Shown piece by piece: positions 62,431-64,000 of a stretch of DNA of 64,000 bases. Source of the DNA: Eledone cirrhosa (lineage: Eukaryota); contig OZ024742.1 of assembly GCA_964016885.1 (NCBI GenBank), forward strand, positions 132,680,001-132,744,000. The letters run 5' to 3'. A model generated the notes under the pieces. That model was given only the letters and a program-made list of their open reading frames with translations. It had not been told where the DNA came from and searched no databases. Made by a program: the position numbers and the translations under genes. Positions within the stretch are counted from its first letter, which is position 1. The number at the start of each line of letters is the position of its first letter.

Positions 62431-62530
62431 GGTGTGCCACACGAGTTGTGATATATTAGTAAAAAGGAAAAGAAAATGATGACAAATTTTTCCCAGTGAA
62501 AATGTTGCCACCATTTTCTTTGTCTTTTTA

Positions 62531-62579
<49 letters not shown>

Positions 62580-62951
62580 ATACTTTGGGAGGGTCATATT
62601 GTTGTAATAATATTGCCAGAAAAAATAATAACAGAACACAGTCACTGTTTGGTTGGTTGGATTTCGCTTCTGTATCTTTTATATCTCCACAGTTAATTAA
62701 TTTGGTCCTCAATGTTTATCATTGACTGACCAACGGTCAAAAATACAGATATAATATAGATATAAACACATATATTTGTCTAACAAAGTTATTCGGTTGC
62801 ACATCTGCAACATCATCAGTGGTACTATTATGTTCCTCCTATTGTATTGTATGTCTACGTCATTTTTATTTTATCTGCTTATTTATTTATTTATTTTTGT
62901 CTTCTTCTCTGCGCATGCGTTTATATATATATATATATATATGAGTGTGTA

Positions 62952-63025
<74 letters not shown>

Positions 63026-64000
63026 CGCGTGTGTTTCTTTATGCGTGTCCATACTCTATTTTGAGAAATTGTAATGGGATTGGCTGTCAGAGATTTTAAA
63101 ATATTTTATAGAATATCTGGCTTTCATCGTACTCGAGGTGTTAAGATTATTTATTTATTATTGATTATGTTTTGAAAATTCCCAATATGTTGGCTGTGTT
63201 GTAGTGATAATAGCCCGTTTTTATAATTCAAACAAAACATGATTTTCGATAAAAATTGCACTGAACAGATTTGAGATTTAATCATTGAATTTCTTGTTTC
63301 CATTTCTTTCCACCATTTCCCCTCCTGGTGTTAATCAAACATATACATTTTTTGTTGTTGAATGACTGTCACATATAACGTGGGACACTTTTTTTCATTG
63401 TCACACAGAATGAAGCAAGAAATGTAGAATTCTCATTAGCTTGAGAGTAATTTCTGTTTATTTCTGTGTATTTGGGATTTTATATTTCTGCATATATATG
63501 CCTACGGCTGTGCATATTTATGTGTAAATGCAGAGTATTTGCATATGTATGTGTAGCCAGGATACGTGAAATGCTGATTGTTTTGTTTTTATTTCAATCA
63601 TATTTTGTTTACTGGCTCTGCCACAATTTAATTAAACATAGCGAAATCTCATTAAACTTTGTTATCGTAATGTAAATTATCAACACTGAGAATATTGTTT
63701 ACTTTCATTATTGTTTTTTTTTTCTTCTAATTAATTAAATAAATCATTTTGACTTGCTAAATACATTCAATACAATACTAGGGAATAATTAATGGCTTCT
63801 TTCCATCACATCTGTAAATATATTTGGTCGAAATGGCCGAAATATACGTAAACATACATACAGAAAAATAATGTTGAAAATGATATTTGAATTCAGTTGT
63901 TTTTCTCAATCATAATCCTGCTTTCATGAGGTTGATTTGTGTTGGGATGGCTACATTTCGAATTTAATATTTTCTCAGTTTTTTAAAATCGATCGGATAT

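Overview
AT-rich, microsatellite-saturated non-coding eukaryotic DNA, most likely from an octopod cephalopod (inferred from the tRNA-derived SINE family and the extreme (TA)n/(CA)n/(TATG)n load). No intact protein-coding gene is supportable: nearly all ORF-track entries are microsatellite translations. The window is a patchwork of decayed mobile elements: Penelope-like element (PLE) RT and GIY-YIG fragments with inverted pseudo-LTRs, six tRNA-SINE copies, RTE-derived elements, a deleted mariner, a hAT-type MITE and a Helitron-like element. It also holds a 200-N gap next to about 12 apparently identical copies of a 615-bp satellite. The main hidden signal is RNA: at least 7 unrelated families of type I hammerhead ribozyme (HHR)-like motifs (about 18 copies, counting degenerate ones), folded by eye. 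These include (i) a tandem ~450-490 bp retrozyme-like repeat with a minimal, probably dimer-type HHR and an octamer/TATA-like upstream module, (ii) a PLE family whose HHR has a fixed non-canonical CAGAAGA core, and (iii) HHRs whose helix II is expanded to ~90-115 nt. Catalytic activity is untested inference.
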